A stretch of 64,000 nucleotides of DNA from Neodothiora populina. Its lineage: Eukaryota. Both the position numbers and the translations under genes were made by a program. Every line of letters starts with the position of its first letter. Position 1 is the stretch's first letter. The notes under the pieces were generated by a model. The model was given only the letters and a program-made list of their open reading frames with translations. It had not been told where the DNA came from and searched no databases. This document shows, piece after piece, positions 25,466 to 38,875 of the stretch. Location of the stretch: the NCBI RefSeq assembly GCF_041146345.1, contig NW_027191406.1, positions 806,001 through 870,000 on the forward strand, read 5' to 3'.

Positions 25466-26882
25466 TCATAAACTGGCGGGTCATTTCGATGACATACGTT
25501 TCACTGACTGACATAATAATTTCATCGCCTGGTGTCCTTGCAGTAGACGAAGCCCAACCGTCCAGACGAGAGATATCCGCACGATGAATAATATATCAAT
25601 TCGCTTTCATTACCCCTTTATGCGGTGTATTGATTATTGGCGAATGCAACACACGGGGCGGCGGCCATTTCTGTATTGTCCTTGCCGCATTGGTTCGCAT
25701 TATACCTTGTTCTTCTTGTTGGTTTTATTGGTATGCATTGCATTGCATGCACGCATACATGCACTTTGGGGGGGATGGATGAGTAAAGCATTGCCTCTTT
25801 TTTTTCCTCTTCTGTTTTCTTCTTCTTCGTTTCATGAATAACATATATATATATATGTGCGTCCTTTGGGCTACTGCTGACGAGGGGATCAAGACATTGC
25901 AAGATGAAGCATAGCTCTCCGCTCCGTTATCATCTGCCTAGGCGAGAAAAAGGACAAGGCACCAAAGAGAGATAGCGAGACTCGAACTCGTTGGGATGGA
26001 GGAGGGATAGGTGCAGAGGTAGAGAGAGGGAGGGAGTATGTGTTTGTAGACAGAGGCGACTTACCCACCTACTTTAGGCATTGAGTAAGAAGAAGCAGAA
26101 GAAGCAACGATAATGATAGTAAAGAAAAAAAACCACAGTGCTACACTGCAATCCTGAAGTCTTCTCTTTGTGACCGTGAGTAGTCAAATGATACGTGGGT
26201 GAGCGCACGCTGTAGCAACGAGAATTGAAGACAAGGAAAAAAAAAATCCAAGGTAGGATGGGTTCGGAAGATGAAGTCTAGTCTTGTCTGTCTGTCTGCA
26301 GATTGGTATGTGAATGGAAGGAAAGTAGGTAATAATACACTCGACTCCGACCCATGCCATGTCACGTCCTCCTCGCCCTTTCGTCCAATCACTATCCTGT
26401 GGCTCCCTTTGCCTCCCTTGCTTCGGTACAACAAGCCTCTATGATGCAGAACAGAACAAAATGATGAAGGAAAAAAGAAGGGAATTATATCCAATGTTGA
26501 ACCCCTACCAGCCAGCTAATCCCGCAAACGCCAGCCCCAATGTGAATTTCTAGTGTGCTCGCCTTTTGCATGTTTACATTGCTTTGCTGCCTCGTACTCT
26601 ACTACTCCATGCATAGCTCTCTGTCTTGATGCACATCTTCTTTAGCCTTGCGCAACTTGTGTGTTCCTTACAATGATGCTGTTCCTCAGAGTATGTTATG
26701 TTCTCTGTTGTTTGTGTTCGTCATCGACGCATACTACGCCGAGGGCACGGGAAAGATATATTTGTTGTTGTCGGGACGTGGTCGACGGGGATGATGGCGA
26801 CAGTTCTTCGTCTTGTACGATTTCATGTGGTGCTTGGGAATCGTCCGTCGTGGTTCGTCGTGAGGACAGAAGTAGTGGTCTC

Positions 26883-29867
26883 CTATGACCGCTGCGGCAG
26901 ATCTCTGAACACTCGCTTGAAGATATCCTTGCTCTTGTACAGATTGACGAGGCGCAGTCTCTCGTTATCCAAATGCGCGGAGTCGCTCGCCTGGCCGCAG
27001 GGGAAGTGCGCGGCCGGAGCACCAAACTCCTTTTCGAGGAACCTGATTGCTGGGATACTGCCGCCTTCTCTTATGTAGAGCGGTTTTCTGCGTGCGGGCT
27101 CCGTGCTGGCTGAGGCGGTTAGCGCGTTGGCGGCCTGCGCTTTTGATTCCTCGTTCAATGCCATGGGTGTGACTGCGCTGCCGTTGGCCAGCACGGACGA
27201 TGTTGTGGGAGATGGTTTAGTGAAGTAGCCGTCGTCTTTCGGAATGGTCAGCTTGGGTGGGTTAGGGTGTGTCAGTGATGGTCGACGGTCGGTTTCGCGC
27301 ACGGCTCCCCAGACATCCATGATTGCTTCCTCCAGTGTTTGGAAGATCTGGTTGGTGAAATCACCTAGCCATGGCTCGGCCTGGTGATCGATAACAACAG
27401 TCATTTTGTTGTTCGATCCAAGCTTGTCGAATTCGGCATGCAGGTACTTGGTCAAGCTGTCTGCTATCTCGGCGGCCTCTTGATTGGGTACAAGTCTGAA
27501 CGACAAAGCGGCCTTGGCCATTCGAGGGATGATGGTGGCATTGGTGGGCCCGGAGGTCTGGAAGCCGTGGATGGTCAGAGAGGCCTCACGCCAGCGTCGC
27601 ATCAAGGACAGGGCGAGCTCTTCAGGGTCGCCGAGGTCGGGATTTCGTGCGACTAGTGAGTGTGTGATGTCGGCATAGAGAAGTCTCTCGTCATCACTAA
27701 GTTCGGGAATAGGGTCGTAGAAGCCAGGAATCTTCACTTTGCCATGGCTACCCGACAGTGTAGACAACAGCATGACAAGATCCTTCAGGGATTCGTCCAG
27801 CTGAGAGCTTCCGTCGACACCGCTGTGCAAGTCTGGGTGGTTACTGTCTACTTGGACAGTTGCGTGAATCACTCCACGCAGACCGTATGTCAGACAAGGG
27901 ATGCGGTCGTCCAGCCAGTAACTGTTCGCGAGAAGAATCCAATCGACATCGCCAATCAGACTCTTGTGCTGCTGCACAGCATTAGAAAAGCCACGTGAAC
28001 CATTTTCCTCCTCGCCTTCGATCAAGAAGATGATGTCGGACCCGAGGGCTTGCTCGGCAATGAGCTCGGCGCATGCATAAACGGCGGCCATGATGGGACC
28101 TTTGTTGTCGGAGGTTCCTCGACCGTAGAGGTAGCCATCGATTCCCTCCATGGAGAAAGGATCCGTGAGCCATTTGCCGTGCTCATTCTCTGCAGCCACG
28201 ACGTCGTAGTGACCGTAGAACAAAATCTTCTTCGTGGTGCCAGCAGTTGCCGGATTGCCCCTGAATCTAGCGTAGATGACAGGATTGGAAGAATCCTCGG
28301 TAGGTAGCATTTCTGTGACGGCTCCAAAGTTTTTGAAGACGGAGCGCAAGTAGGAGGCGCCTCTGCGGCATTCCCCCTTGTATTTGGTGTCCGAGGATAC
28401 TGTGCGGTAGGAAACAAAGCGTTTCAGGGATCCAAGCATTTGCTCTGCAGTGATGGTCAGCAAGATGGGTTTTCTGGCCAAGTACATTGGCACATACCAT
28501 CAATCGTCCGCTTGTTGGTCGCAGCAGACATGATGCAATCGCTGACGTCCCACACGGCCACGGCATTGTCATTGCCGCCTGTCACGAACATTGGCCGACC
28601 TTTGTGATGTGTGAATGCAGAGGTCAAGATCTGTCCCTTGTGGGCATGAAGGGTGCTGACGCATTGATATTGGTGGTCGAATTTCTGGAGACTCGTCAGT
28701 GGAAGATGGTCGGGGGGGGGGGGGAAAGGTCGGCTGTGAGCTTACTCTGACGTAGCCGGTCACAGCAGCACTGAACAGATAGCCGCCTCCTATGCAGACG
28801 GAGAGAACGTCCTCTTTGTGGGCCTTGATGCTGCGGACAATCTGCTTGGTCTCGAGGTCCCACACGTTGACCTCACCCCCCGAACGACCAGAGTAGAGGA
28901 AGCTGCCTTCGACCGCTATTGACAAGACGGACAGTCCTTCTTCTTTGCCATCGTCCAGCTTGTAGAGCAGATCAATGCCACCGGTGGGCGTCTTCTCGAG
29001 CCGCCAGATGTTGATGGCTCCGTCTCCGCCAGCAGAGATGAGCACCTCCTCGTCGACAGAGTCAGGGCCAAGTCCACGCACGATCATCATGCAGTAGACG
29101 TAGCCATAATGGGCAAAGTGGCGGATGCTGTTCTTGTCGATCTCCAAGACCTGACCACCCTTTGCATGCTTGGGCCGCACTTGCTGATGAGCGGGACGGG
29201 GGGTCCTGATGCCTCCCGGGCCGCGAGAGTCGAAGAAGGGGTCTTCTCGCAGCAGCGGATGGTTGTCCGGTTGAGGCTTGGGCCTTCTGTCCTTCTCTTT
29301 CAGGTCGTACCATTGAATCGACGTGTTCTGGGCTCCGAGATAGACCGTGCGCAGACGGGACGAGTATGCGACACAGAAGATGTCGCCCGTGTCGTAGGTC
29401 GAGTACAACGAGTAGACGCGCTCGAAGGTGGCCGAGTCCCAGACGTTGGTTATGCGGTCGGCAGCGCTGGAGAACAAAAGACCTTCATCTCGAGACCACG
29501 CGAGATCGAGGACGCTGCCTTTGTGGGCCTCGATGACGGCGACTCGCTGGTATGTGTCGAGAGAGTAGACGAGGATTTCGCCATTTTGGGTTCCTGCAAA
29601 GATGTGGACGTCTGACAAGGCAAGAGCGAGAATGGACGAGTCATTCTTCATCCGATGGGAAAGAGTGGGAATGACATGCTGTGGCTCGTCCCCATCCGCA
29701 TCCTTATTCTTACTGAGCCTGACTCCTCCATTTCTCTTCGGTGACTCGACCAGTTGCTGGTCGTCGGTTTCCGAGTCTGCATTGGGTACTGCCGTCAGCC
29801 TCTGCTTTGTGAGACCGAACGCCGACATGGACATGGGAAAAACTGATGTATGGATAGACCCAAGCAT
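26883..29867 (-). CDS. DUG2: Glutathione-degradosome subunit: WD40 repeats plus M20 peptidase domain, 3 exons
   Basis: WD40 repeats in 28746-29867 are spliced (introns 28685-28745 and ~28446-28497) to an M20 domain with FYGHYDVV, GRGTSDNKGP, EGEEE, DLHSG, REGGSIP and AHLDNER. Confidence 0.88.
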
Positions 29868-31850
29868 GTTGTCATCGGAAAGTCCAACCTGTGGATCGGG
29901 AGAGCTTCACGACTCTTTCTTCCCCACACTTCGACCGATGATGGAAGGTCGGTATTATTGTCTAGACCTTGCTCTGTATCTCAACTTACCTTCTGTTCCT
30001 TCAACGCCTGATGTCCCCGACAGATCTGACGAATCTATCCACGAGAACCCGCAATTCATGGTTAGGTCACGGGTAGCGCTTCTATGCAGACTCCGGTGCT
30101 GCTCCTCTTATATGTTCTGGCCGACAACGCCAATTGACAGGGCGATTGCGTGCTCGTCCGGGGCCCCGGGGGCGATGGTGAATACAACCGGCCATGCCTC
30201 AAGCCTGTCCTATATGTACACCTTTATCGCGCCTGCTTTCACACGTCTCTAGCAGGGAAATGGGAGCAATCTCCAGTGTCACAGAGACATGCGTCGGCTA
30301 ATGCAGCCTTGCGCTTCACGCGCCTACATGTGCTTTCATTCTCGGTGAACATGGGCTGCAAGCAAGACAGGTTCCACATCCATCGGAGCTGAGTCTGTCT
30401 TTGCAGGTGTCTGCGAATGCCGTTCATACGTGTTGTTGACCAATTGGTTCTTGATTGCGTAGTCACAAACTTTCCACATCGCCTGTCGCACATATCGTCA
30501 CCAAAGGTCACCTGTCTCATCCCGAGTGGGGTTCGGAAGACTGCATTACATGCCTCTTGGGTTGCGGCTAGGCTACCACATGGAGAAAGAGTTGGTAGCA
30601 AGTAGAAAGACCTAATCGTGTTGATGATCATCAGCTGTTCGCGAAATTTACAATATATGGCCAGAGTGGGCGCAGTATGAAGGATAGGTGGTTTGATGGA
30701 CATGTACACGCTCCAAGCTCTCTGAACTTTTGTTAGGAATCTGAGACCTTGTGTCTAAACAGAACTGCGATTTCAGTGGCAGCACAGACGTGCAGCATCC
30801 TGCGGCTTGCAAGTGTTGTAAGCATGCCATTGCCATTCTCATGTCCGCGTCACGGATGAGGAGCATCAAGTGGCTGTGGAGATCCTTACAACCGACGAGC
30901 CACACTACTCGGCCTGATCGATATGGATATCAAGCGGTCGTTATAGTCGACCAGGGCTGTATCTCGTCGGCGCACTCACAGACTCTAGATGGATTCTAGG
31001 TTACTACCTACCTTATCACTCACTGTACTCTACATGCTACAGTGTGGGTGACGATCGTGACGGCATGTTTACACGGGTATAAGCCGGACTTTGGTATCGA
31101 TGAATGTGCTTCACCTATTGGGCTACTGTATCTATTGTACAATAGCTGAGGTGCTGTAGATAAGCTAGGCAGCGAACAAACCTTGAGGGACTCGATGAGC
31201 CGCCAAGGGGGTCGTCGTAAGGCTTCAGACGGCCACAAAAGTATGCCCAAGTGTAAGCCAACAAGGTCCTATACCGAGAAGACGACTCGAGACATACCAC
31301 TCACCCCGGAGCCCATGAAACACAAACCAAAAATAGCGCGGGACGGAGGATTCAAGGCGTCATCCGGTCGGTCAATCTGTATAGCTAGCGAATGGCAATG
31401 CCCCCAGACCTGGGTGTACCTTGCAGAAGCTGTGGATCATGCGCTGCGGAGGCTTGGAAAGGCTCGGAGAAGAGATGCGAACCCGCGGACCAAGGCGGGC
31501 TGGTCATGCGTCAGCTTTTGCGGCTTTGGTTCTTATCCTTTGCACTGCCTCAACATCCATGGTCACTCCATGAAGCGAGATGAACATGACTTGTAGACAC
31601 ACAGCTTTATTATATGTTGCATCACAGCCATATACACAGCTTGGTCTGAAACTAGGACCTCGGAGTGTTGTAGATATCGGAACTGGTGTACTACTAACCC
31701 ACGAGCCTTCATCATTGCCACCACCCCTCCTCGGACTGAATTTTGAGCTGTATTTTGAGCCAGAGGCAAACCAGGTAGCTCACCATTGACATACATTGTA
31801 ATCCATAACGTGACATCACAAATCCCCAATCGCGACATAGACCTGTTAAC

Positions 31851-33452
31851 ATGTTGGACGAGAGCTTGCCGGCCTTCTTTTACAAGAGATCGCCAGATGG
31901 ATTGCTACACAACACTTCGATCTTCTTCTCGCAACATGGATCTGAACCACAACCGGCATACCTGCTACAACGAGCAGATCCCTCGGCCGCATACGCAAAG
32001 AATTGTTATGCTGCTGCCATCTTCGACTCGTACAACCCAGAAGTGCTCTATGGAGAGGTCATGATCAAACCGGAATGGACCCAAGCGAGTCTATCCGCAG
32101 AGGAAATACGACGAAACAATGGCATTACCCCACCGCCGTCGCCTATTCTCCCTACCGAGTTTACCATCCAGCTGTATAACCCAGATCAGCAAGTGGTGGT
32201 GGTTCAGCGGCCAGGATCGTGGGGCGGCAGCGCCTCATACGAGTTCAGCATGCCTCAGACCACTTTCCGGACGCCATCTGCATCATGTCTCGATCGCACG
32301 CAAAATGACCCTGCTGCATCGGCGACTACCCCGAAACTGAATTTTGTGTGGCGAAAGGAGAGCAAGCTGGCCAAGGATCTGACGTGCTACATGACGGGCA
32401 AGTCGACGGCGACCGTGGTCAAGAGGAAACATCGAGATCCAGACATCACTGTTGCTCTTTACCGCTCATTGCGAGAACTCACCATTTACCAACCTAATCT
32501 GTATCGTGTCGAGATGGAAGACCCTAAAGGTCTCGAGGTCGTTCTGCTTCTCGGCGCAGCCATCATCAAGGATCTCTACTTCTCATCAAACATCCACCAG
32601 ACCTTCAATGTATCCGAGCCCGCACGGAAAGCCTCGCCCCGCCTGGCACTCGGACCCGTGGGACCGCTTGGTATAATACCCATGCGACCCAACGGTCTGG
32701 CTGCCAAACGCAAGTCGCTTCCGAGACTCGAGACGACACCACCGAGTAGCGCCAAGCCTGCCGTATCACCACCCGCAGACCCACGCACTCAATGGGACAT
32801 TGACGCCGAGACCGCCCGTCTGCGTGCCCAAGTGGAAGCGGAAGAACGTCAGGTAAAGGCACAGGAGGCCGCGCGACGACGCGAGCGCGAGCGCGCAGAC
32901 GAAGCCGAGACACAGCGACTACGAAGGATGGTCGAAGCCGAACAGCGAGAAGCAGCAAAGAGACAAGAAGCGATAGATCGCGAGACGGAAAGACTGCGGA
33001 GAGAATACGGAGTCCCTCAGTCGCCGCCACAGCAACAGCCGCAACGTCCTCCCGTGCCAGCGAGAGACGAACGGCACTCCGCCCCGACAATGGGCGCCAT
33101 CCCCGAAGACCACTATCAGCACCACCAACCAGTACAACCACCACAGCAGCCACTTCGATACCACAACAACAACAACAACAACAGCAACCACCTCCGACCC
33201 GGGCCTCACGCTCCCCAGCGGCAATCAAACGGTCTCTACCTGCAACCCAGCGGCTCACGCGCACACGCCAGTTCCGCGGCGGTGATGAGCGGCGGAAACC
33301 CGAGCGCCAGCGCATCAGCTTCGGCCGATACGAAGAGACGCATGAAGAAGAAGAGTTTCTTTGGGCTCCGGAGCTCGAGTGATGATAGCACCTCCCGGGA
33401 TGGCGTCGCGGGACAGCAGAAGCTGCAGAAGAAAGCCAGCGCCATGTGGTGA
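31851..33452 (+). CDS. Hypothetical fungal protein (globular N-terminus, coiled coil, Q/N/P-rich tail)
   Basis: Intronless 533-aa ORF with coding-like composition. No family recognised. Confidence 0.75.
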   Translation: MLDESLPAFFYKRSPDGLLHNTSIFFSQHGSEPQPAYLLQRADPSAAYAKNCYAAAIFDSYNPEVLYGEVMIKPEWTQASLSAEEIRRNNGITPPPSPILPTEFTIQLYNPDQQVVVVQRPGSWGGSASYEFSMPQTTFRTPSASCLDRTQNDPAASATTPKLNFVWRKESKLAKDLTCYMTGKSTATVVKRKHRDPDITVALYRSLRELTIYQPNLYRVEMEDPKGLEVVLLLGAAIIKDLYFSSNIHQTFNVSEPARKASPRLALGPVGPLGIIPMRPNGLAAKRKSLPRLETTPPSSAKPAVSPPADPRTQWDIDAETARLRAQVEAEERQVKAQEAARRRERERADEAETQRLRRMVEAEQREAAKRQEAIDRETERLRREYGVPQSPPQQQPQRPPVPARDERHSAPTMGAIPEDHYQHHQPVQPPQQPLRYHNNNNNNSNHLRPGPHAPQRQSNGLYLQPSGSRAHASSAAVMSGGNPSASASASADTKRRMKKKSFFGLRSSSDDSTSRDGVAGQQKLQKKASAMW

Positions 33453-34169
33453 TTTCTTTTGATTCTTGTATATCTATACACGGCGAAACCTGTGATTTCT
33501 TTGCACGAAACGTACAATGCCGAGGCAGCAGAAAAACAGCACCAAAGAGGAAAGGCATGATGACTGCTGTAGAGAAGAAGCCGCCGCTCTTCAGAGTCTC
33601 GTGGCAGCCACTACAAAACTCGGGCAGAGGACGCGGTCGACGCAACGCAAGCGTCCGTGAATGATCTGGCCCATCTGCCTCTTCAAAGACTCGCTACTTT
33701 AAGAATAGCGAGCAGACAGAGGGGATTGAAAGCCTTATCGCGACCGTGTAGGGGCTATCGCAGCTACCGAGAAAGATATGAGGCAATGACAGGTCCAGCT
33801 ACAGCGTACGCCACGCCTGTGTTCATCCATCGAATGAGAGGGAAGAAACATCATGGCGACTGCAATACGCGTCTCTAGAAGGTTGTTGTGCCCCAAGCTA
33901 GCGTTGAGCTGGCATTGATTGCCTGCCAGAAGGGATGTTGAAGACGGACAGTGAGACATGTAATGTTCAGGATTATTAGCTTGAGGTACAAGAAAGTCTA
34001 AGATAGATTTCATGTCTGAGAATCGAAAACAAACAGCTCTATTCCAAGCCACTCTATGATCTCGTAATCCAAAGCTCCATATCATGCTCTGCTCCTTTTC
34101 CCTCGTCTACCCAGTCATCTACCCACCCACCTACCTATTCACACCTATCTACTTATCAATCCCCCTCCC

Positions 34170-34759
34170 TCAATACTCGTCCCTGAAAACCATCATCCTC
34201 TCCCTGCCCTCATCATCAACCCAGGCCCTGAACATACCCCCACAGTTCAAATCAGCAACCACGGTGCCCCTAGGCCCACGACGACGACGTGGGGAGTTCT
34301 CGAACTCGATCCCAATCATCCCCCCCTCGCCCTCGCCCGTCCTGCCGAATCTGTCTCCAGCGCTCTGCTGCAGCATGCCGTTCGGGCCGGCGACCTGCGC
34401 TACTGCTGCTGCGAGATTGTTCTTACGGTTGCTTTTGTCACTGGTTGGCGAAGAGAATCGGGCGATGGCGCACGCGGTTCGTGCGGCGCTTAGGCGCAGG
34501 AAGGAGTCGCCGTTTCCCGTGCCTGATATTGCTGCTGCTTTTGTTGCTGTTGCTGGCCCTTGTGCTGGTTTGTTGGAGGGAGGGACGGGGATCTTTTCGG
34601 AGGAGGGGAAAGAGGTGGATGAGGGAGAGGAGGTGAGATAGTGGTTGGGAGTGGTGATGGGGAGATATGTAGTTAGGCTGGGCAGACAGTCTTTCACCAG
34701 GCTATTCAGGAGCGCTGTTGTCATTGTGGTGGAAGTAGAAGATGGGTATATGCGTGAGG

Positions 34760-34794
<35 letters not shown>

Positions 34795-35723
34795 GGCGAG
34801 TAGTCCATTCTCTCTTGCTGTGAGACTGTGAGTTGCTGTTGGTAGTGCGGTGCCGGAGTGACTTCTTCTTCCTCTTCTGTCCATTGTTCGGCGAAGAAGC
34901 CTGCGCCGATGGTGGGTGTGTCTCCGATTCTATGGGCTACCTTATTGGTGAGACCACCCGTGGAGGTCGCGGTACACAGCACGCCTTGGCCATCGAGCAC
35001 GACGCAGCCGACAGTGCCCTGCGGGAGATATTCATGTCCATCCCAGGAGGGGTCATTCGATACAGAGAATGCATGTGCATCATCGACACTGGCGTCATCT
35101 ACAACAAGCTTTTCGTGCTCGAGTGAGGTCGAGGAAGGATAATCAGCCTCTCTCCTCTTCCTCTGATACGTAGCTTCATCAGTGCTCAGTCCCAGCCCGC
35201 GTCGATGCTCGTCCCATCGCCGCTTCGTCCAGTAATAGCTCGGTTCGCACATCTCCATTCCCCACGAAGAAGCGAGATCGTGTACGGTCTCGCCCGCGAG
35301 CTGACAATGACCGCCCGCGCCTCCTCCGTCCTCGTCTTCGCCTCTGATCAGCATTTCCCGAGCCATCAGAATCGGGTTCTTGACGCGTGACACCAGCATG
35401 ATGCCCACGCCTCGTTTGCGATACCCCGAGGATACCATGACCGAGGCTTCGAGTTCGTGTGTGCCTGACCGCGTGTAGACGGCGCCATGGCCCGAGTTGA
35501 AAAGGGGGTTGTTCTCTAGTAAACTCACGGCATGAGTCGCCACATCGAGGGACGTGGCGCCTGGTTTCGTCAACAGTTTTTTCGCTTCTGCTAGGATGGA
35601 TAGCAGAGCGCTGCGATAAGCTTGATAGGCTGTTGGAGTCAGATTGGCCCGCGTTATGTTCCCGGCACCGCCGTGTATGATGATCCGTGGGGTTATTGGT
35701 TTTGATGATGCCATATCATCCAT
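34170..35723 (-). CDS. Isoaspartyl peptidase / type-2 L-asparaginase (Ntn hydrolase)
   Basis: Motifs IIIHGGAG, LENNPLFNSGHG, ELEASVM, VKNPI, autocleavage site QG|TVG, ATSTGG, RIGDTP and SGTGNGD. Confidence 0.9.
34762..34791. repeat. (CAG)n polyglutamine-encoding repeat within the asparaginase gene
   Basis: About 10 TGC units on the + strand. Confidence 0.9.
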
Positions 35724-37755
35724 GTCGGCTGCCGATGGTTGTTTGGTACGAATGAGAATGGTTGTGGGTGTGGTGTCTGAGAAAGAGACATCTACAGTAT
35801 GATACAGCTATACCTTCTGCTGAATAGCATGATCAGTCTTACCTACTGTACCTACCCGATCAAGTTAAGTCGCGGCCTCAGTCGGGCAACGTCGATGCCG
35901 AAAATGGTCGCATTGCGAGGCCTATCATAGTACTTGTATATGCTGCTTCGGTAAAACCCACAGAATGGAGGAGGGGGAAGCAGTCGTGTCCTATCTCTAC
36001 TTCAAGCTACGACGCCTACTAGCGGCCGCCTGAGCAGCACATCAACGCGGTTGTTCTTCGCCTGTGGCCAAGATACTGTAAATTATGTTCTAGAACAAAA
36101 CCCAGTAGACTCAGCGTCGACGGGTAGCTACTGTACTCTCGGGGGACTATCAGCCCTACGGCATAAGACCTGGGGTAATACAACAGCTACTATGCACAGC
36201 TGAACAAGGAAAAGATCTGAATGTGAGCGGAAAGAGATAATGTCGTGCCTGCTACCTAAAGCCCATGGTTTCAAATAAGGGGTCCATGCTGAAATGTAAA
36301 TAAAAGACTTGCACCTGCTGCCGCTCGTGTCATGTTCGTGGACTCGTCAATTCCGCCTCCTTTCACCTTTCTGGTACCTGGCGTCGGGGTGCGTGCAGCT
36401 GTTATCCCCGTCGCACATTCGTCTTCCCCGATATTGGTGCAAGCCACAATCTGAAGGTAGCAAAGTTTCTTCAGCTCCTCATCACACAAAAGGAAAAACC
36501 TGCATGTTGCCATGCACATGAAACTCGAATCTCTCAAACCACAGGTCATGGCAATCTTTCCAGGCTTCGAGGTTGTTTGACTTGAAAGTACTTGCGAGAA
36601 ATCGCCGTAGACGGACCTGTTGCAAGCTCCTCGAGACACGTTTTCAACAGCTGCGGGACAGGGTCCTAACTCGGTATATTCGGGTGAACCCACAAATTCT
36701 ACGCCACTTTTATCAGGGTCTTTGCGTACTAACTTTGATTGCGGATCCGCGCCCCAACTAATGGCCCACAAGCGTCGATCAATCTGATTCTGGCTCGGTA
36801 CGCCATGGCGGTACGAAGGGATCAATTTGGATCCTTGACAGGGAATCGCTGCGTTTCGCGAAACTTCTCATTAGAAATGACAGCTCAGGGCTCGGCCAAT
36901 GCTTGATTTGTACAGAGTACCTGTACGCAGGCTCTTGCTGCTCCCATCCCTTGCTGTCCGGTCTCGCCGGTCCTCACCGCCGGAAAAGATAAGTGGCGAA
37001 GAACCGAGCTCGTCAGTGTTGCGTGATGATGAGGTTTCTGTTGGATGATGGAGAAGCAGTGGTCGACGTTCGTCTCGACAGTGTGGTTGGTGTCACTGTT
37101 CACTCATTTATTCGCTCATCTTATACATAGCATAGGTAGCAAGTCTTGTATCCAAGGATATCTTATCTGTCTTCCCGTAGTATCTTCTCATGAACAAAAC
37201 AAGGCACATCACACGACCTGAAACCTCGATTGGACATAGATTCACGTTTGTGTTTCTGGAAGCCCCAGAAGCGCGCTCTTCTCACCTCTAGTCAGAAACG
37301 GAATCGCCTTGCTCTCGGACCTTGCAAGCACCCATCGACGCGCGACTGTCCTTGCTTTTTATCTTCCCCGGACGACGGCAAACTGAGCTAGTGATTAGTC
37401 CCTTCCGAACGGGAACCTAACACGTACGGAGCGTCCACGGCAGCGTCATCACTCCTGAATGTTGAGGTCAGATTCGCGCTCGACTTTTCATCACAATCCA
37501 CCGCTTGCACCACTTTTTCTTCACTACCACCTACTACCTTGCACATCTCTTCACTTCACTTGACTAAACAAGTGGGCTACCTGCTAACGTCAGCAAAGAC
37601 CCAGTTTGCCAGCTTTCTTCTTTCTCATCTTCCTAATAATTTATCAGGCTTTCCTTCCTGTCTGATACGCCTTTTATCTTCCTTCCTTCCTATACTCCAA
37701 CCAACCTCCTCAACCACTCCCAAGTCCTCAATCCCTTCTATCTAGCTACAAAAAA

Positions 37756-38875
37756 ATGAACAGCTTCAGAGTCGCCAGCCGCGCAGCTCGCGCAACCCGG
37801 GCTTTCAAGCCTTCTTTCGCCCCGGTCAGCCAGCGTGCCTTCCTCAGCCGCTCTGCTGTCCGCCGTGACCCTGAGTCGGTGAACGAGAAGCACATTAACG
37901 TTGTTGGCTACAAGGGTGGCCAGCGCACTGAGGAGGATCTCCCCGTCAGTGCAAAGGACGAGCCTGTGGCTCCCCCTGGTCAGGATGCTCAGGCTGTCGC
38001 TACTCCTCTGAACCTCGACATCCTCCCTCAGCTCACTCCCACTCTCCGCAAATTCACCCTCCCTGGCAAGGTTGCCGTTGTGACTGGGTAAGTTTCCTTG
38101 GTCTTTTATATATACCATTCAATTCGCTTATTCGTGTTTCCCCAGTGGTGGCCGTGGTCTCGGTTACAACATGGCTCAGGCACTCGCTGAGGTCGGCGTC
38201 TCTGGAATTGCCATTATGGATGTGCAACAGGAGCTTGGAGACAAGAGCGCCCGTGAGCTCAGCGAGCAGACTGGTGTAGACGTCAGATTCTACAAGGTTG
38301 ATGTCCGTGACGCAGACGCAATCAAGCAGGCTGTCGGAGACGTCGTCGACCACTACGGTCAGATCAACGTCCTGATCAACGCCGCTGGTATCGCCGATTC
38401 CAACATCAAGGCCGAGGTTTATGACACTGAGAAGTTCCGCCGTCTGTTGGACATCAACATCACCGGTACTTTCCTCGTCGCTCAGGCTGTCGGTCGCAAG
38501 ATGATGGAGCTCAAGACTGGTGGTTCAATGATCAACATTGCCTCCATGTCCGGCTCGGTCGTCAACTACCCCCAGGAGCAGTCTTGCTACAACGCTTCCA
38601 AGGCTGCCGTTGTCCAGCTCACCAAGTCCCTCGCCGCTGAGTGGGCTCGTCACGGTATCCGTGTCAACTCCATCTCTCCCGGCTACATGGACACCGCCCT
38701 GAACCGTGTTCCCGCTCTCGATGCCCAGAAGCGTATCTGGATCGACAACACTCCTCAGAAGCGTCTGGGTTCCGTTGACGACCTCAACAACCTGGCCGTT
38801 TACCTCGCCTCTGATGGCTCCGCTTTCATGACTGGAAACAACTGCCTCATCGATGGTGGATACACTCTGTGGTAA
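37756..38875 (+). CDS. Short-chain dehydrogenase/reductase (D-arabinitol/polyol dehydrogenase-like) with mitochondrial-type presequence
   Basis: Intron 38088-38145 restores TGGGRGLG. Also has NAAGI, IASMSG, YNASK, VNSISPGYM and DGGY, with strong C-ending codon bias. Confidence 0.87.

Noticed and set aside
25888..26081. Minus-strand GGTAAGT donor with pyrimidine tract and TAG acceptor giving a 21-aa peptide
   Set aside because: No CTRAY branch site and a trivial product. At most a UTR or lncRNA intron.
36271..36825. 184-aa minus-strand ORF upstream of the asparaginase
   Set aside because: TTG start and no recognisable domain or codon bias.
37023..37225. GTGATGA C-box-like word suggesting a C/D snoRNA
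   Set aside because: No suitably placed D box or terminal stem, and no recognisable rRNA guide.
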